Assembly (NCBI RefSeq): GCF_001447785.1 | Contig: NW_015165300.1 | Location: 1 to 64,000, forward strand | Length of the DNA: 64,000 bases | Source: Gekko japonicus | Lineage: Eukaryota | Direction of reading: 5' to 3' | In this document: positions 39,715 to 52,100 of the stretch, one piece after another | Numbering within the stretch: the stretch's first letter is position 1 | How the letters are laid out: each line of letters begins with the position of its first letter | Position numbers and translations under genes: made by a program | Notes under the pieces: model-generated | Database searches by the model: none | The model's input: only the letters and a program-made list of their open reading frames with translations | What the model was told of the DNA's origin: nothing

Positions 39715-41003
39715 ACAGGGCGTTTCCCTCCCCCACACCCCCGGGCCAGCAGCACTGTGCAGCTCCAAAGGGAGCGTGGCCCCCAGCCCCTGTGCTCATG
39801 GGTGCGCCATGGCAGGCCCATAGCTACCGTGGGGCCACTCGGGGCCTTCCCCCCCCCAACTCACTGCCCAGGCCCCCTGACACCTGGCTGGCTGCAGGGA
39901 AGGGCAGGCGCAGGGCTGCTTGCTTGGGGGGGGGGGTGTTCCACGGTGCCCCCCGACTTATGTAAAGGTCCCCAGAATAATATTTTTAAAATCCCGCCTA
40001 TGGGCCTGCGCCATGGCGACATCCACAGCAGAAACACCCTCTTGCCAATCCCTTACTGGGGAGGGGAGGGCCAAGGCTTCCCTCCGAGGCACAAACACAA
40101 GAAGCAGCCTTGCAGGAGCCCGCTGGGCAAGTGACAGTGGATGCCCAGGCTGCAATCCACGCACAGCGTACGCCTGAGCTTCCTTTCTACATGGCGCGCG
40201 GCCATTTTCATGCTCAGTCCGACGCACGTCCAGCGCAACGTGTGATTTCAGTCCCGCGTGCGTCCAGGTACTAGGCCCTGTCTTCACTGGTACAGAAGTG
40301 ACGGTGCTGGGTCTTCCCGACACAGCTGTAACGTGTGAGCAGGCTACTCAGTCAGCCCCCTGGGCAAGAGAGGTCAGCCTCACCTCCGGTGCCTGGTGGC
40401 CGCCTTCCCCACCGCCCCCTTCCTGAGCCCTCTGCCGCCCAGCCAGGGGGGCCGTGTCCCATCACAGAGCGGCATCCCGGAGAGGAAGGCGGCAACAACG
40501 GGTGGCCTGAGATGACTGGCCTCCAGCTAGTCCGGCAGGGAGGGCCAAGGCGAGGTCCCCGGAAACAGCCACCCCCGGCCGCCTCAACAAGCCCTGGTCC
40601 ACCNNNNNNNNNNNNNNNNNNNNNNNNNNNNNNNNNNNNNNNNNNNNNNNNNNNNNNNNNNNNNNNNNNNNNNNNNNNNNNNNNNCCCCCCGGCAAGCAC
40701 CCCTCACCCAGGGAGCATCTGCTGGGCTTGGGGGAGATCTGGACCCGGCGGCCCCCAGAGCCGTAGGAGAGCCGCGCTCGGCCACACCGGTTCTCCCAGG
40801 ATCTGAGTCACGTCCGTCCTTCGGGAACGCAAATCAGCAGCGCTCTGGGCAGGGAGGGAGCCTACCTCACGGGGCTGTCGTGGAACGAAATGCGGCGGCC
40901 CCGGGCGGGGGTGGGGAGAATCGACAGACAGACCGACCGGCAGACAGACAGGGGGGGGCGGGCATCCCTCCCCCAGGGAGAGGCTCTGGGACGAAGCCCC
41001 CCC

Positions 41004-41984
41004 NNNNNNNNNNNNNNNNNNNNNNNNNNNNNNNNNNNNNNNNNNNNNNNNNNNNNNNNNNNNNNNNNNNNNNNNNNNNNNNNNNNNNNNNNNNNNNNNN
41101 NNNNNNNNNNNNNNNNNNNNNNNNNNNNNNNNNNNNNNNNNNNNNNNNNNNNNNNNNNNNNNNNNNNNNNNNNNNNNNNNNNNNNNNNNNNNNNNNNNNN
41201 NNNNNNNNNNNNNNNNNNNNNNNNNNNNNNNNNNNNNNNNNNNNNNNNNNNNNNNNNNNNNNNNNNNNNNNNNNNNNNNNNNNNNNNNNNNNNNNNNNNN
41301 NNNNNNNNNNNNNNNNNNNNNNNNNNNNNNNNNNNNNNNNNNNNNNNNNNNNNNNNNNNNNNNNNNNNNNNNNNNNNNNNNNNNNNNNNNNNNNNNNNNN
41401 NNNNNNNNNNNNNNNNNNNNNNNNNNNNNNNNNNNNNNNNNNNNNNNNNNNNNNNNNNNNNNNNNNNNNNNNNNNNNNNNNNNNNNNNNNNNNNNNNNNN
41501 NNNNNNNNNNNNNNNNNNNNNNNNNNNNNNNNNNNNNNNNNNNNNNNNNNNNNNNNNNNNNNNNNNNNNNNNNNNNNNNNNNNNNNNNNNNNNNNNNNNN
41601 NNNNNNNNNNNNNNNNNNNNNNNNNNNNNNNNNNNNNNNNNNNNNNNNNNNNNNNNNNNNNNNNNNNNNNNNNNNNNNNNNNNNNNNNNNNNNNNNNNNN
41701 NNNNNNNNNNNNNNNNNNNNNNNNNNNNNNNNNNNNNNNNNNNNNNNNNNNNNNNNNNNNNNNNNNNNNNNNNNNNNNNNNNNNNNNNNNNNNNNNNNNN
41801 NNNNNNNNNNNNNNNNNNNNNNNNNNNNNNNNNNNNNNNNNNNNNNNNNNNNNNNNNNNNNNNNNNNNNNNNNNNNNNNNNNNNNNNNNNNNNNNNNNNN
41901 NNNNNNNNNNNNNNNNNNNNNNNNNNNNNNNNNNNNNNNNNNNNNNNNNNNNNNNNNNNNNNNNNNNNNNNNNNNNNNNNNNNN
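41004..41984. other. Largest assembly gap; probably contains FURIN promoter or 5'UTR exon sequence
   Basis: N run with a CpG-rich left flank and a minus-strand donor-like gag|gtagg at ~40865. Other gaps: 23372-23631, 24918-25017, 31098-31286, 32864-32990, 37936-37987, 40604-40685. Confidence 0.7.
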
Positions 41985-42130
41985 TGATTGCTGCCTCCTG
42001 TACAATGTCATAAACCTCCATCCATACTTCTTCAGGCACTCTGTCTATCAAATCTAGTCAAACCTATTGTTCACCTCCACTGTATATTCATCAGTGATAT
42101 GCTCTGGGTCAAACCTGAATGGCCTAGTGG
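41985..42130 (-). mobile_element. RTE/BovB LINE fragment next to a gap
   Basis: Encodes LDLIDRVPEEVWMEVYDIVQEAAI, matching the recalled BovB ORF motif LIDRVPEELWxEVxDIVQE. Confidence 0.7.
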
Positions 42131-42132
42131 TT

Positions 42133-42737
42133 TAAGAACATAAGAACATAAGAGACGCCAATGTTGGATCAGGCCAAAGGCCCATCCAGTCCAACACTCT
42201 GTGTCACACAGTGGCCAGAAATACCAGTGCCATCAGGAGGTCCAGCAGTGGGGCCAGGACATTAGAAGCCCTCCCACTGTTGACCCCCCCCCAAGCACCA
42301 AGAAGACAGAGCATCACTTGCCCCAGAGCCCCTAGCTATACCTTGTGGCTAATAGCCACTGATGGACCTCTGCTCCATATGCTTATCTAATTCCCTTTTG
42401 AAGCCGTCCATGCTTGTAGCCGCCACCACCTCCTGTGGCAGTGAATTCCATGTGTTATAATCACTCTTTGGGTGAAGAAGTACTTCCTTTTATCCTTTCT
42501 AACCCGACCGCTCAGCAATTTCATGGAGTGCCCACAAGGAGTTCTTGTCTTGTGAGAAAGGGAGAAAAGTACCTCTTTCTCTACCTGCTCTTTCCCATGC
42601 ATAATCTTATAAACCTCAATCATGTCACCCCTCAGTCGTCCTTTCTCCAAGCTAAAGAGCCCTAAGCGCCTTAACCTTTCCTCATAGGGAAAGTGTTCCA
42701 ACCCCTTTATCATTTGAGTTGCCCTTTTCTGCACTTC
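42133..42737 (-). mobile_element. CR1 LINE 3' fragment, same subfamily as 34420-35830
   Basis: [20 protein letters not shown]...[15 protein letters not shown], with a (TAAGAACA)n tail on the plus strand. Confidence 0.88.
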
Positions 42738-43074
42738 TGACCCCGGCCGGGCATGCAGCCTGCTCCGGTGTGGAGGCGGAGGAGGCCAGGGGTCTCTCTC
42801 GCTGGCCGGAGGCTTCCCTTCGGGCCGGTGCCAGCAGCCGCCAGGGCGCTTCTCCCTCCAAGGGGAGCAGAGAGCACAGGCAGACCCCGCACCCTGACCT
42901 GGGGCCAGGCGTTGGCTGGTCTGCAGCGCTACTGACAGGAAGCTTCTCTCCGGACAAACGGCCGGCCGCAGAATCCTTCCCTCTCTCCGACGCTAGCCGG
43001 GCTGTCCCAGCCTCACCATGGTCCTGGACTCTGACCTCCTTGTCCTTGGGTCTGGGCGGCCACACCACTAGCAT

Positions 43075-43370
43075 CCGAGAGACCCCCGTTCAGGTCCCAC
43101 TCTGCCATGGAAGTTTGGCGGGTGACCGAGTCGGGCCACTCACACACTCCCAGCCTGACCTACCCCACAGGGTTGTTGCAAGGATACAGTGGAGGAGAAT
43201 AGTTGGTTTATACCCCACTCTTCACTGATCCAAGGCGTCTCAGAGCGGCTTACAAGCGCCTTCCCTCCCTCCCTCCCTCCCTCCACAAGAGACACCCTGG
43301 GAGGTAGGTGGGGCTGAGAGAGCTCTGAGGGAACCGTGACTGACCCGAGGTCCCCCAGCTGGCCTCTACA
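43075..43370. mobile_element. Two partial SINE fragments joined tail to tail
   Basis: Plus-strand gttcaggtcccactctgccatggaag...agcctgacctaccccacagggttgttg is followed by a minus-strand Squam3-like 3' part. Confidence 0.55.
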
Positions 43371-44518
43371 GATCAGAGAACCCACCACGGCACCATGGCA
43401 TGGCTGGCTCCGGAGGGGAGAACGGCGTGAGTGGCTTTGGGTTCCCTTTAGAGAGGAAGGCGGGGTGTGAGGTCACTCACCGGAGATCGGGCAAGGGAGG
43501 GGTGCATGCCTTCCCCTGAGTCTGCAGAGGCAGGGAGGAGCGACTGGCCAAAGCCAAGGAGGGGGGGGTCTCTCTCTCATAGCTTTCAAACAGACTGAAG
43601 ACGCCTCCCCTCCTCCTCCCTCTCACAGGAGTGGGATTTTGCCTTCGCCTCGCAACCAAAGTCAAACCAGAGGACTTTGCTCCTCCGGGCCCTTTTCCGT
43701 GTTCAAAGAGCTCGGCATCCACAGCAACAGTCAGCCTCACAACAGTCCTGCAAGCTCTTCCAAGGGCAGGGGAAGTAGCTTGCCTGAGGCCGCCTCGGGA
43801 GCCTGCGACTGAGATGAGTCCCCGAGGATCGCTGCCCACAGCACGACCCTCAGGCTGGCTGGGAAATGGCTTTGGAGAGCCCCCTGCCCTGTCAGGTGGC
43901 GGGTTGTGCCGGCATCGCTCCATACCAGGACAACGCTTGCCCCCTTGCCCCACATCCTGCCCCCAACACTCGTGCAAGTGCTATGCTGGTGGAAACAATG
44001 GCGCCCCATATTGACAACACTCCCCTGGCACTCCATGGGCCTCCCCCCTACCGGCCTCCACAGCCATGAGCCTGCGTCCTCTGCAACTAACCACAGCTCT
44101 TGAGAGCAGACGCCTTAGCCCCCAGCCGGCAGACCCACTTCTCAGGCAAGAGGGGCTGTGGCACCGAGGAGGTCCAGCTCTCCGGCAGGCTCCGGCCTTC
44201 AGCTGTCCCGTGGGATGGGCTCCAAGCGCCCCCCCCCGCTCCCTTCCCTTCATCAAAAGGGGGGGGGTCTGCAGGAGGGGACCTGGCACATACACAGGCA
44301 GGCACGCCCACCACAGAAGTCCCCGGAGCAAGGGAGGAACAAGTTCTCTCCTTCAGATTTCTCTCCTGAGAGCTTTCATACAGAATCAAAGGACTCTGGG
44401 AGCTGCCCCTCTGCCCAGGCCCCGGCCCCTGCTGCCACTGCCTGCCCCCATTGGTCCGTCTTCTAGCCACTGGACCCAAACTTTAGACCCAAACAACGTA
44501 GGTTGGGATTGTTGAGAT

Positions 44519-44815
44519 GAAGAAGAAGAAGAAGAAGATTGGATTTATACCGTCCGCCCTTCACTACCCAGAGGAGTCTCAGAGCAGCTTACAGATCTCC
44601 TTTCCCTTCCCCTCCCCACAACAGACAGACACCCTGTGAGGTGGGTGGGGCTGAGAGAGCTCTGACAGAAACTGCTCTTTTTCAAGGACAGCTCTTATCA
44701 GAGCTTGTGACTGACCCAAGGTCACATCAGCAGGTGCAAGTGGAGGAGGAGTGGGGAATCAAACCCGGTTCTCCCAGATTAGAGTCCGCCTGCACTTAAC
44801 CACGACACCCAACTG
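44519..44815 (-). mobile_element. Squam3-like SINE with (CTT)n tail
   Basis: Same body as the copies at 30458, 39225 and 49219. Confidence 0.85.
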
Positions 44816-44947
44816 AGGGACCAGGGCCAGAGCCTCAGAGGAGTTCCCAAGCAGACAGCAGTTCATTTTTCATCCACCTCCGGTGTTACATCAGCTTCAC
44901 ACAACTACGGGGGGGGGGGGAAACCGTACTGAACAGTCACTTCAGAC

Positions 44948-45154
44948 CAGTGTTCCCTCTAAGCTGAGTCAGTGTGAGCCAGCTCACAGTTCTTTAGCCT
45001 CTGGCTCACCCATTTTCGTCTCAGCTCAGGGAGGAGGGCTCCAGAACAAACTTAATTTATGCAGTAGCCAAATCGCTCACTCACAACTTTAATGCTAGTA
45101 GCTCACAAAGTGGAATTTTTGCTCACAAGACTCCACAGCGTGGAGGGAGCATAG
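44948..45154. mobile_element. MITE family A copy
   Basis: Perfect TSD CTTCAGAC at 44940-44947 and 45155-45162. Confidence 0.88.
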
Positions 45155-46069
45155 CTTCAGACGTCTTTTATACTTTTGAGTATTGTGTAATGTTACAGAC
45201 TGGTCCTGTAGCATTCTGTGGCCTTTTTTTAAGTACCATCACAACTGTATTTGGGGGAACTCTGCATGGGATACGTCGGAAAGCGTCGATGCAGACACAC
45301 CACAGATGTACACAGTAACCTTGGCTTTTCTTTTTAATCCTTCCCTAATTTATAATACTGCTTTTACTGATGTCTGTTCCACTCAGGTTTCTGGCCATAA
45401 ACTAGATCAGTATAGAACCATGACGCAAGAAGTGACTGTTCCTGGAAAATTTGTGAAAGGGGGACACACAAAACCTCAGACCTCAAGAGACGTATCAGAG
45501 CAGGAAATCAGACAGGTGTGTCTTTGGTGTTACTGAAAACAAGCCAGACAGCCAGACACAATCGCCCCAGCAATTACCTTAGCACAGTACCCAGAATTAG
45601 TCAGCTCTGCTAGGGGAAACTGCAGACATCTGGTAATTTTCTTTGATAAGGCCAGTGTCAGGTTCAAAGTGGTTTTGGGGGAAAGATCTTACTTCGAAAA
45701 CTGCCAGCCTCAGGATTTCCTGTTCTGTGTTGCAGGAAGCAGCGTACTTTTTCTAGGAAAGGTCTTGTTAAGAATTTCCCCATTTCCCAAAGCTTCTAGG
45801 CAGCCCTGAAAAGAATGCAGATTAACTGACTTTTCCTGAAATTGTTACTGCATCATGTATATTCTCTTCGACATTAGCGGTAAGGACAGCACCCAAGCTA
45901 GTCAGTTCTGTGGCCCCTGTGAATCTGTCATCCATAAGGACATAGCTAAACCACACTATGGAATGTTCTTTTTAGTCCTGATTTCCTTACCTATAAAAAT
46001 GGATCTACCCTGTGGCTCTACTTCGTAGAATTGCTGTGCAACTGGATGAAAAGCACTTTATGTGGTGGA

Positions 46070-46280
46070 ACGTGTGGAACGTTAGCCTCGGATGTGGGAG
46101 ATGCAGGTCTGGATTCCCACTCTGCCACATGGAAGCCTGGGGCCACTTCCACTCTCCCAGCCTAGCCTCTCTCACAGGGTGGTTGTAAGGATAAAATAAA
46201 AGACGGGAAAACAATGTAAACTGCTTTGGGTCCCCACTGGGTAGAAAAGCAGGGTATACAGGAGGTAAATAAATAAAATA
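46070..46280 (+). mobile_element. Older SINE copy (Squam3/L2-related)
   Basis: ggattcccactctgccacatggaagc...cagcctagcctctctcacagggtggttgtaagg...gggtatac...aaataaataaa. Confidence 0.55.
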
Positions 46281-48259
46281 TAAAAGTGATCAGTAGAAGC
46301 AGCTAGAAAATTTTAATACTTGCCACGAATGATTAGGGTAGCAACAGAGATGTGAAGGCCATGGGGGGGGGGGGAAGAAAGCAGGGGAGGGCTTTTTTCT
46401 GGGGCTGGAAAAAGAATTCTATGAAAGATTTTTTCTTTCATAATGAGTTAAATGCTTCTTTACGTTTTTTCCCCACACTAAAAAGGTATAGCATAAAAAG
46501 GTTTCCAGGCTCTTTAAATTTTTCCAGTGAAAAACACCTTTGTGACACTGTTGTTGGAAAGGTTTTTTTTAAAAATAATAATAATAAAATAACACAAATA
46601 CACCCTGACCTGGATGGTGGCTGTAACACAGGCCAAGCAGAAGAAATTCCCAATACATCATCTGGTTGGTTTACAGAGCCTTTTGACCCAGCTACCATGA
46701 AGGATATTGACCGGGCCCTGGGATCCATGAAGGCTACCCTCTCGGGCATTTGACCCTCGCCCACCCTGGCTGCTGGAATCACGAAAGGGTCACACAATAA
46801 TGAGCTCTTGGGGTCTAGTGGACATCCGTCACTAAGCCTAGGCACCTTTCCTCAGCCACTCATGCACACAGTTATCGGTTCACTACTTTAAAAACCAGCC
46901 CTGCAGAAAAACCATGTGGCCAACTATCCCCCAGTCTCCCATCTGCCCTTTCTAGGTACAGTGACTGACAGGACAGTGGCAGACCAGCTCCAGGTCTTCT
47001 TGAGTAACTCATCTGCTCTGGACTCTCTTCTCCAGGCTGGGCAATGGGGCAGAGATGGCCCCCGGTGGCTTTAGTTGGGGGCCTCTGTCTGAATGCAGAC
47101 AAAGGCCAGGCCGCCGCTGCTGCTGCTCTTAGAAAAGCTGCAGCCTCTGATACAGAACATCACGACCTCCTCTTGAGATGAGGTGGAAGTAAGGATCAGG
47201 GTGTGTGCCTAGGACTGGTTTTAATTGTTCCTCGTGGATTGTACTCTGAGGGCTGCCATTGGAGACACAGGGCGTAACCTTGCCCTTAACTTGTTCAACC
47301 CCTTTAGGAGAAACCATTTATAGCCTGGCAACTGGACACCATCAAACATTGCCCTGGCACTTTAAGAACTGCCAGGGGCCTCCGCTGGAGGAGGCTCCTT
47401 CGCTCAACGTCATCCCCCTTACACAGCCCCCCCCCCCCGTGCTCACCACAACAATTTCACTCATCCGAGCAGGGCTTTTCTGCAGGTGCCAACCTGCAAA
47501 TGAGCAAAACCAGCCACCGTCCATACATGCGCAGTCTCTGCTGTGGCCCCCACTTTATGGAATGGCCTACCTGATGAGGCCACGCAGGCTCCCATGGTTC
47601 TGTCACTCCACAGACTATGCAAAATTGTTCGGGGGGGGGGGGTTATCAAGGTGAGATGGCTGTAAGAGGACCGTTCAGGGAGACACTTTTATAAGGACTG
47701 TGAACTGTACCACTCTGTGCAGTATATGTTTCTGTAAGACCTTGCTCTCCCTGTACTGTTTTATACTTAATATCGTTTTCTGCCTTGTATCTAGTCTAAT
47801 ATTACCATGCCTTGTTTCAGATTGCTGTACTCCTAGTCCTGTGACACGGCTTATTAGATAGATAGATGACCCTGTTGCTCGCATTGATTTACACAGTGTA
47901 GTCCACCTTGAATCTTCGTGAGCAAGACAGACCAGAGATAAAAGTAAATGAATAAATGGGATGCTTTGTGTCATGCTCACTGGAGGCATACAAGGCAAGG
48001 GAAGGGCTCCCAGCAGGCTGACCAGTTATGCCAGCACCCACCCGTTCCCCGCCCTACAACTTCGGAGGGCCCAGCAGTCCTCCACGGCCTCTCAAGAGGG
48101 GCATTCCCTTTTATGTGTGACTCTTCCCCCCCCCCATCCGTGTGCCTCCTCAGTCTCCTCAAGGACAGCGGGGTTGTGATCCACCTCAGTGCTCCGACAC
48201 CCAGAGCCCTGCCTTAGTTTTCGTGGGGATCCAGCCACCCGGCGGGTCAGACTCAGGAG

Positions 48260-48471
48260 CAGAGTTCCCTCTAAGCTGAGTGAGTGTGAGCCAGCTCGCA
48301 GTTTTTCAGCCTCCGGCACACACACACTTTTGCCTTTAGCTCGGGAAGGGATGGGGCTCCAGAGCAAACTCATTGATGCGGCAGCCCAATCGCTGGCTCA
48401 CCCCTTTCATGCCAGCAGCTCACCAAGTGGAGTTTTTGCCCACAAGACCCCACAGCTCGGAGGGAGCATCG
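48260..48471. mobile_element. MITE family A copy
   Basis: Perfect TSD CTCAGGAG at 48252-48259 and 48472-48479. Confidence 0.88.
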
Positions 48472-48559
48472 CTCAGGAGATGCGAACCAGGCAGAGGGTG
48501 GAAGGGAGCCGGGCTACAAGTCCAGGGAAGCCTCTGCCGCCCCAGGTCCTTGCTGGAAG

Positions 48560-49150
48560 AGGCCGGGCGAGGGAAGCCGCCACAAACCGCTGGGGCCCGA
48601 GGGGGGAGAGGAGACCGGCGGCTCCTCCCCCTGACCCTCTGCCCGGCCTTCGCGCCTCCCCCAGGCCTCGGGGCGCCCCCCCTTCAGCGCGAAGGGCCGC
48701 CCCACCGCGCCATGCTGGGGAGGCCAGAGCGAGCAGCGACTCATGCAGGGTTGCGCCGCCGCTGCCCCCCTTCCCTGCCTCGCGGCCCCCGGGAGGAAGT
48801 CCCGCCTCCGGAAGCGGGCCAGCCCGGCGGCCTCTTCCTGTTCTCGCGGTCTGTTTCCGGAAGTGCGCCGTCCCCTGCCGTAGGACTTCCGGGTCGTCTC
48901 TGGTGGTCGCTCCAGCTGCCGCTCCCTCCCTCCCTCGCCGCCGTTGGGCCTGAGCGCGCACTCGGTCGCCGCCACCGCCGCCGCCCGCGGCCTCTTCCTC
49001 CTCACCATGTCGGGCTCCAGCAGCGCCCTCATGAAGCAGCCCCCGATCCAGTCGACGGCGGGGGCCGTGCCCGTCCGCAACGAGAAGGGTGAGGCGGCGG
49101 GCGAGGGAGGGAGGGGGAGAGGGGCGAGGAGGGCGGCCTGTGTCCCCCCC
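48560..49150 (+). promoter_or_regulatory. CpG-island promoter of MFAP1 with ETS/GABP-type motifs
   Basis: CpG-dense stretch over the ATG, with CCGGAAG (~48808), TTCCGGAAGTG (~48855) and ACTTCCGGG (~48885) motifs typical of housekeeping promoters. Confidence 0.7.
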
Positions 49151-52100
49151 CAGTACCCTCCCCCGCGAGAGAGTTGCCCTGACCGTGGCTGCTGCTGCTG
49201 CTGCTTTCTCCTCCTCCTCCAGTTTGGTGTGGTGGTTAAGTGCAGGCGGACTCTGATCCGGGAGAACCGGGTTCGATTCCCCCACTCGCGCCTGCTGGAT
49301 GACCTCGGGCAAGCCGTAGTTCTGACAAGAGCTGTCCTTGGAAAAAGAGCCGTTTCTGTCAAGAGCTCTCTCAGCCCCACCTACCTCACAGAGTGCCTGC
49401 TGTTGTGGGGAGGGGGAGGGAAAAGGAGTTTGTAAGCCGCCCTTGAGACTCCTTTGGGTAGAGACTCCGGGGTATAAATCCAATCTCTCCTCCTCGCAGG
49501 GGAGATCTCCATGGAGAAGGTGAAAGTGAAGCGCTATGTGTCCGGCAAGCGGCCGGACTATGCGCCCATGGAGTCCTCCGATGAGGAGGATGAGGAGTTC
49601 CAGTTCATCAAGAAGGCGAAGGAGCAGGAGCTGGAGCCCGAGGAGAAGGACGAAGAGCTGACCAGCGACCCCCGCCTGCGGCGCCTGCAGAACCGCATCA
49701 GCGAGGACGTGGAAGAGAGGTCCGCCCTGGCCGGGATCCGGGGGGAGGCGGGTGGCAGCAGCACCACTGCTGCCCCGGGGGTGTGTGTGTGAGGCTCTCT
49801 GGGGCACCCAAAGAGGCTCTGAAGCACCGGGCAGATGAGAGGAGGCACCCTGCAGGGTGGGCATGTTCTGTCTCCGGTAGGTACAGCGTGTAACGGAGCA
49901 GCTGCTTGAAAGGCCCTGGCCTAAGGCTGAGTTTATATTCTAGGCTGGCAAGGCACCGTAAGATTGTGGAGCCAGAAGTGGTGGGGGAGAGTGACTCAGA
50001 AGTGGAGGGAGAGGCATGGCACATGGAGCGAGAGGACACCAGCGAAGAAGAGGAGGAAGAAATCGACGATGAGGTACAAATCTGGTTGTGCTCTAGACTC
50101 CAGCACTGTCAGCGGTTGGGCTTTCGTGTTGCTGCATTCTTCTGAATTTCAGAAGTACGTTTTCCTGTAGGAACAAATTGTTACATGAACATATCTCATA
50201 CCAACTCAGATAATTTGTTCATCTATTCTGACTGGCATGAGTCTGTTCGTGATCCTGTAACTGAAGATTCCAAAGAATGACTGTTTTACCCATTGCCTCT
50301 TTCTGATGCAGCCACAGGGACTCTGCTTCACCCTTTCCCCTTTTACTAGGAAATCGAGCGCCGCCGTAGCATGATGCGGCAACGTGCACAGGAGCGGAAG
50401 AACGAGGAGATGGAAGTGATGGAGCTGGAAGATGAAGGCCACTCTGGGGAAGAGTCTGAGTCTGAGTCGGAATATGAGGAATACACAGACAGTGAGGATG
50501 AGACTGAACCACGCCTCAAACCAGTCTTCATCCGCAAGTAAGTGCCACTGCTGCTGGATGAGGTGGGGTGGTGTAAGTTAATTATCAAGACAACAGAGAG
50601 AGAAGGGGCAGGGAATCTGCCGCGGAAGCATTCCCTGTTTTATAACACTGGCATGGTTTCTTCTTGTTGGTAGCATAAGAAGGTGTGGCCTCTCTCGAGT
50701 TCCCCAGAAGAAGGTAGGGAGGGTACCAGATTCATGCATGGATTCTAGACGGCGGTTTCATGGATGTCTTTCTGGACAGGGCTGGGCTTAAAAAGCGTAG
50801 GGCTCACCAAAAATGTCTTCTGCAGGAAGGACCGAGTCACAGTCCAGGAACGAGAGGCAGAGGCGCTGAAGCAGAAAGAATTCGAGCAGGAGGCCAAGCG
50901 GATGGCTGAGGAGAGGCGCAAGTACACACTTAAGGTAAGAGGGAAAACAAGACTGCTTGTGTGAGGGTGGAAGAGAAGGCTGGACAGCGTCAGGAATTTC
51001 TCCATGTTGATTGACATTGCAGATCGTGGAAGAGGAAGCCAAGAAAGAGCTGGAAGAGAACAGGCGCTCTTTGGCTGCCCTGGATGCGCTCGACACTGAT
51101 GACGAAAACGATGAGGAAGAATATGAGTCTTGGAAAGTGCGGGAGTTGAAGCGCATCAAGCGGGACCGTGAGGAACGGGAAGCGTAAGTGAAGTCAGGCC
51201 AGAGCTAAAGGGCATTTTTTCCTCCAAGTACCTCAGGCCAGGGGTAAAATAGGGAGTTGTGTATGGTGGCTGCCTCCAGATGAGGGAGTCTTCTGGACAG
51301 AGGAGGGGCTGGAAGGAATATCTGTGGTGAATGCTAATGGGATTTGTATCTTTTTTAAAATTCCTTTGATCTACCTGGGAGTTTAGTTTTAGCTGAAAAA
51401 CTTGATAAAAACAGTGAGAGGTATTCTTGTAGCCATAACAAATGATGTGGAAAACAGGTGCAAGTATAAACCAATTTCTAGAGATCAAAAGCTTGCATTT
51501 CTTTTTTAAATTGGTTACTTTATCTTTTAGTCAGCTTTAAAATATCACACAAACATATTAATGCCTACAGTCTTCTAAATGTGAATCAGAGCCTCTATCT
51601 ATACCGAGAAGCAGGTTTTACATGGAGGCTGTACAACAAGCGTTACGTGTGACAATACGAGTCACATTACATTACTGTAAAATACAGCAAGAGTTTTAGA
51701 GTTAGTGTGACGACTCATTAGTAGCAAACAGTTGTCAGGGCAACTTATTAGTATGCATGCTTACTTGGGAAATACATAAATTAGTTGGAAAGCTGATTGA
51801 AAATACTTGTTTTTATTTGTGGTTTTTCTTGCCAAATGTAAGTCACTCCACTATGGTAGATGGGGACATGCACGGAGAGGTCATCTGTGCAGATCCCTAA
51901 ACTGAACTTTTCCTTCCTGTAGGTTAGAGAAGGAGAAGGCAGAGATTGAGCGGGTGAGGAATCTGACTGAGGAGGAACGCCGCGCAGAGCTCCGAGCAAA
52001 TGGCAAAGTCATCACCAACAAGGCCGTGAAGGGCAAATACAAATTCCTGCAGAAGTACTACCACCGGGGGGCCTTCTTCATGGTATGCGAGTGCTGATGG

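Noticed and set aside
40704-42051. Several 360-435-aa ORFs
   Set aside because: They consist almost entirely of N-gap residues.
49219-49290. tRNA-like A/B boxes as a tRNA gene
   Set aside because: This is the head of a multi-copy SINE, with no full cloverleaf evident.
48473-49864. 463-aa minus-strand ORF
   Set aside because: Antisense to MFAP1 exons 1-2, a SINE and the CpG island. Long open frames are expected at this GC content.
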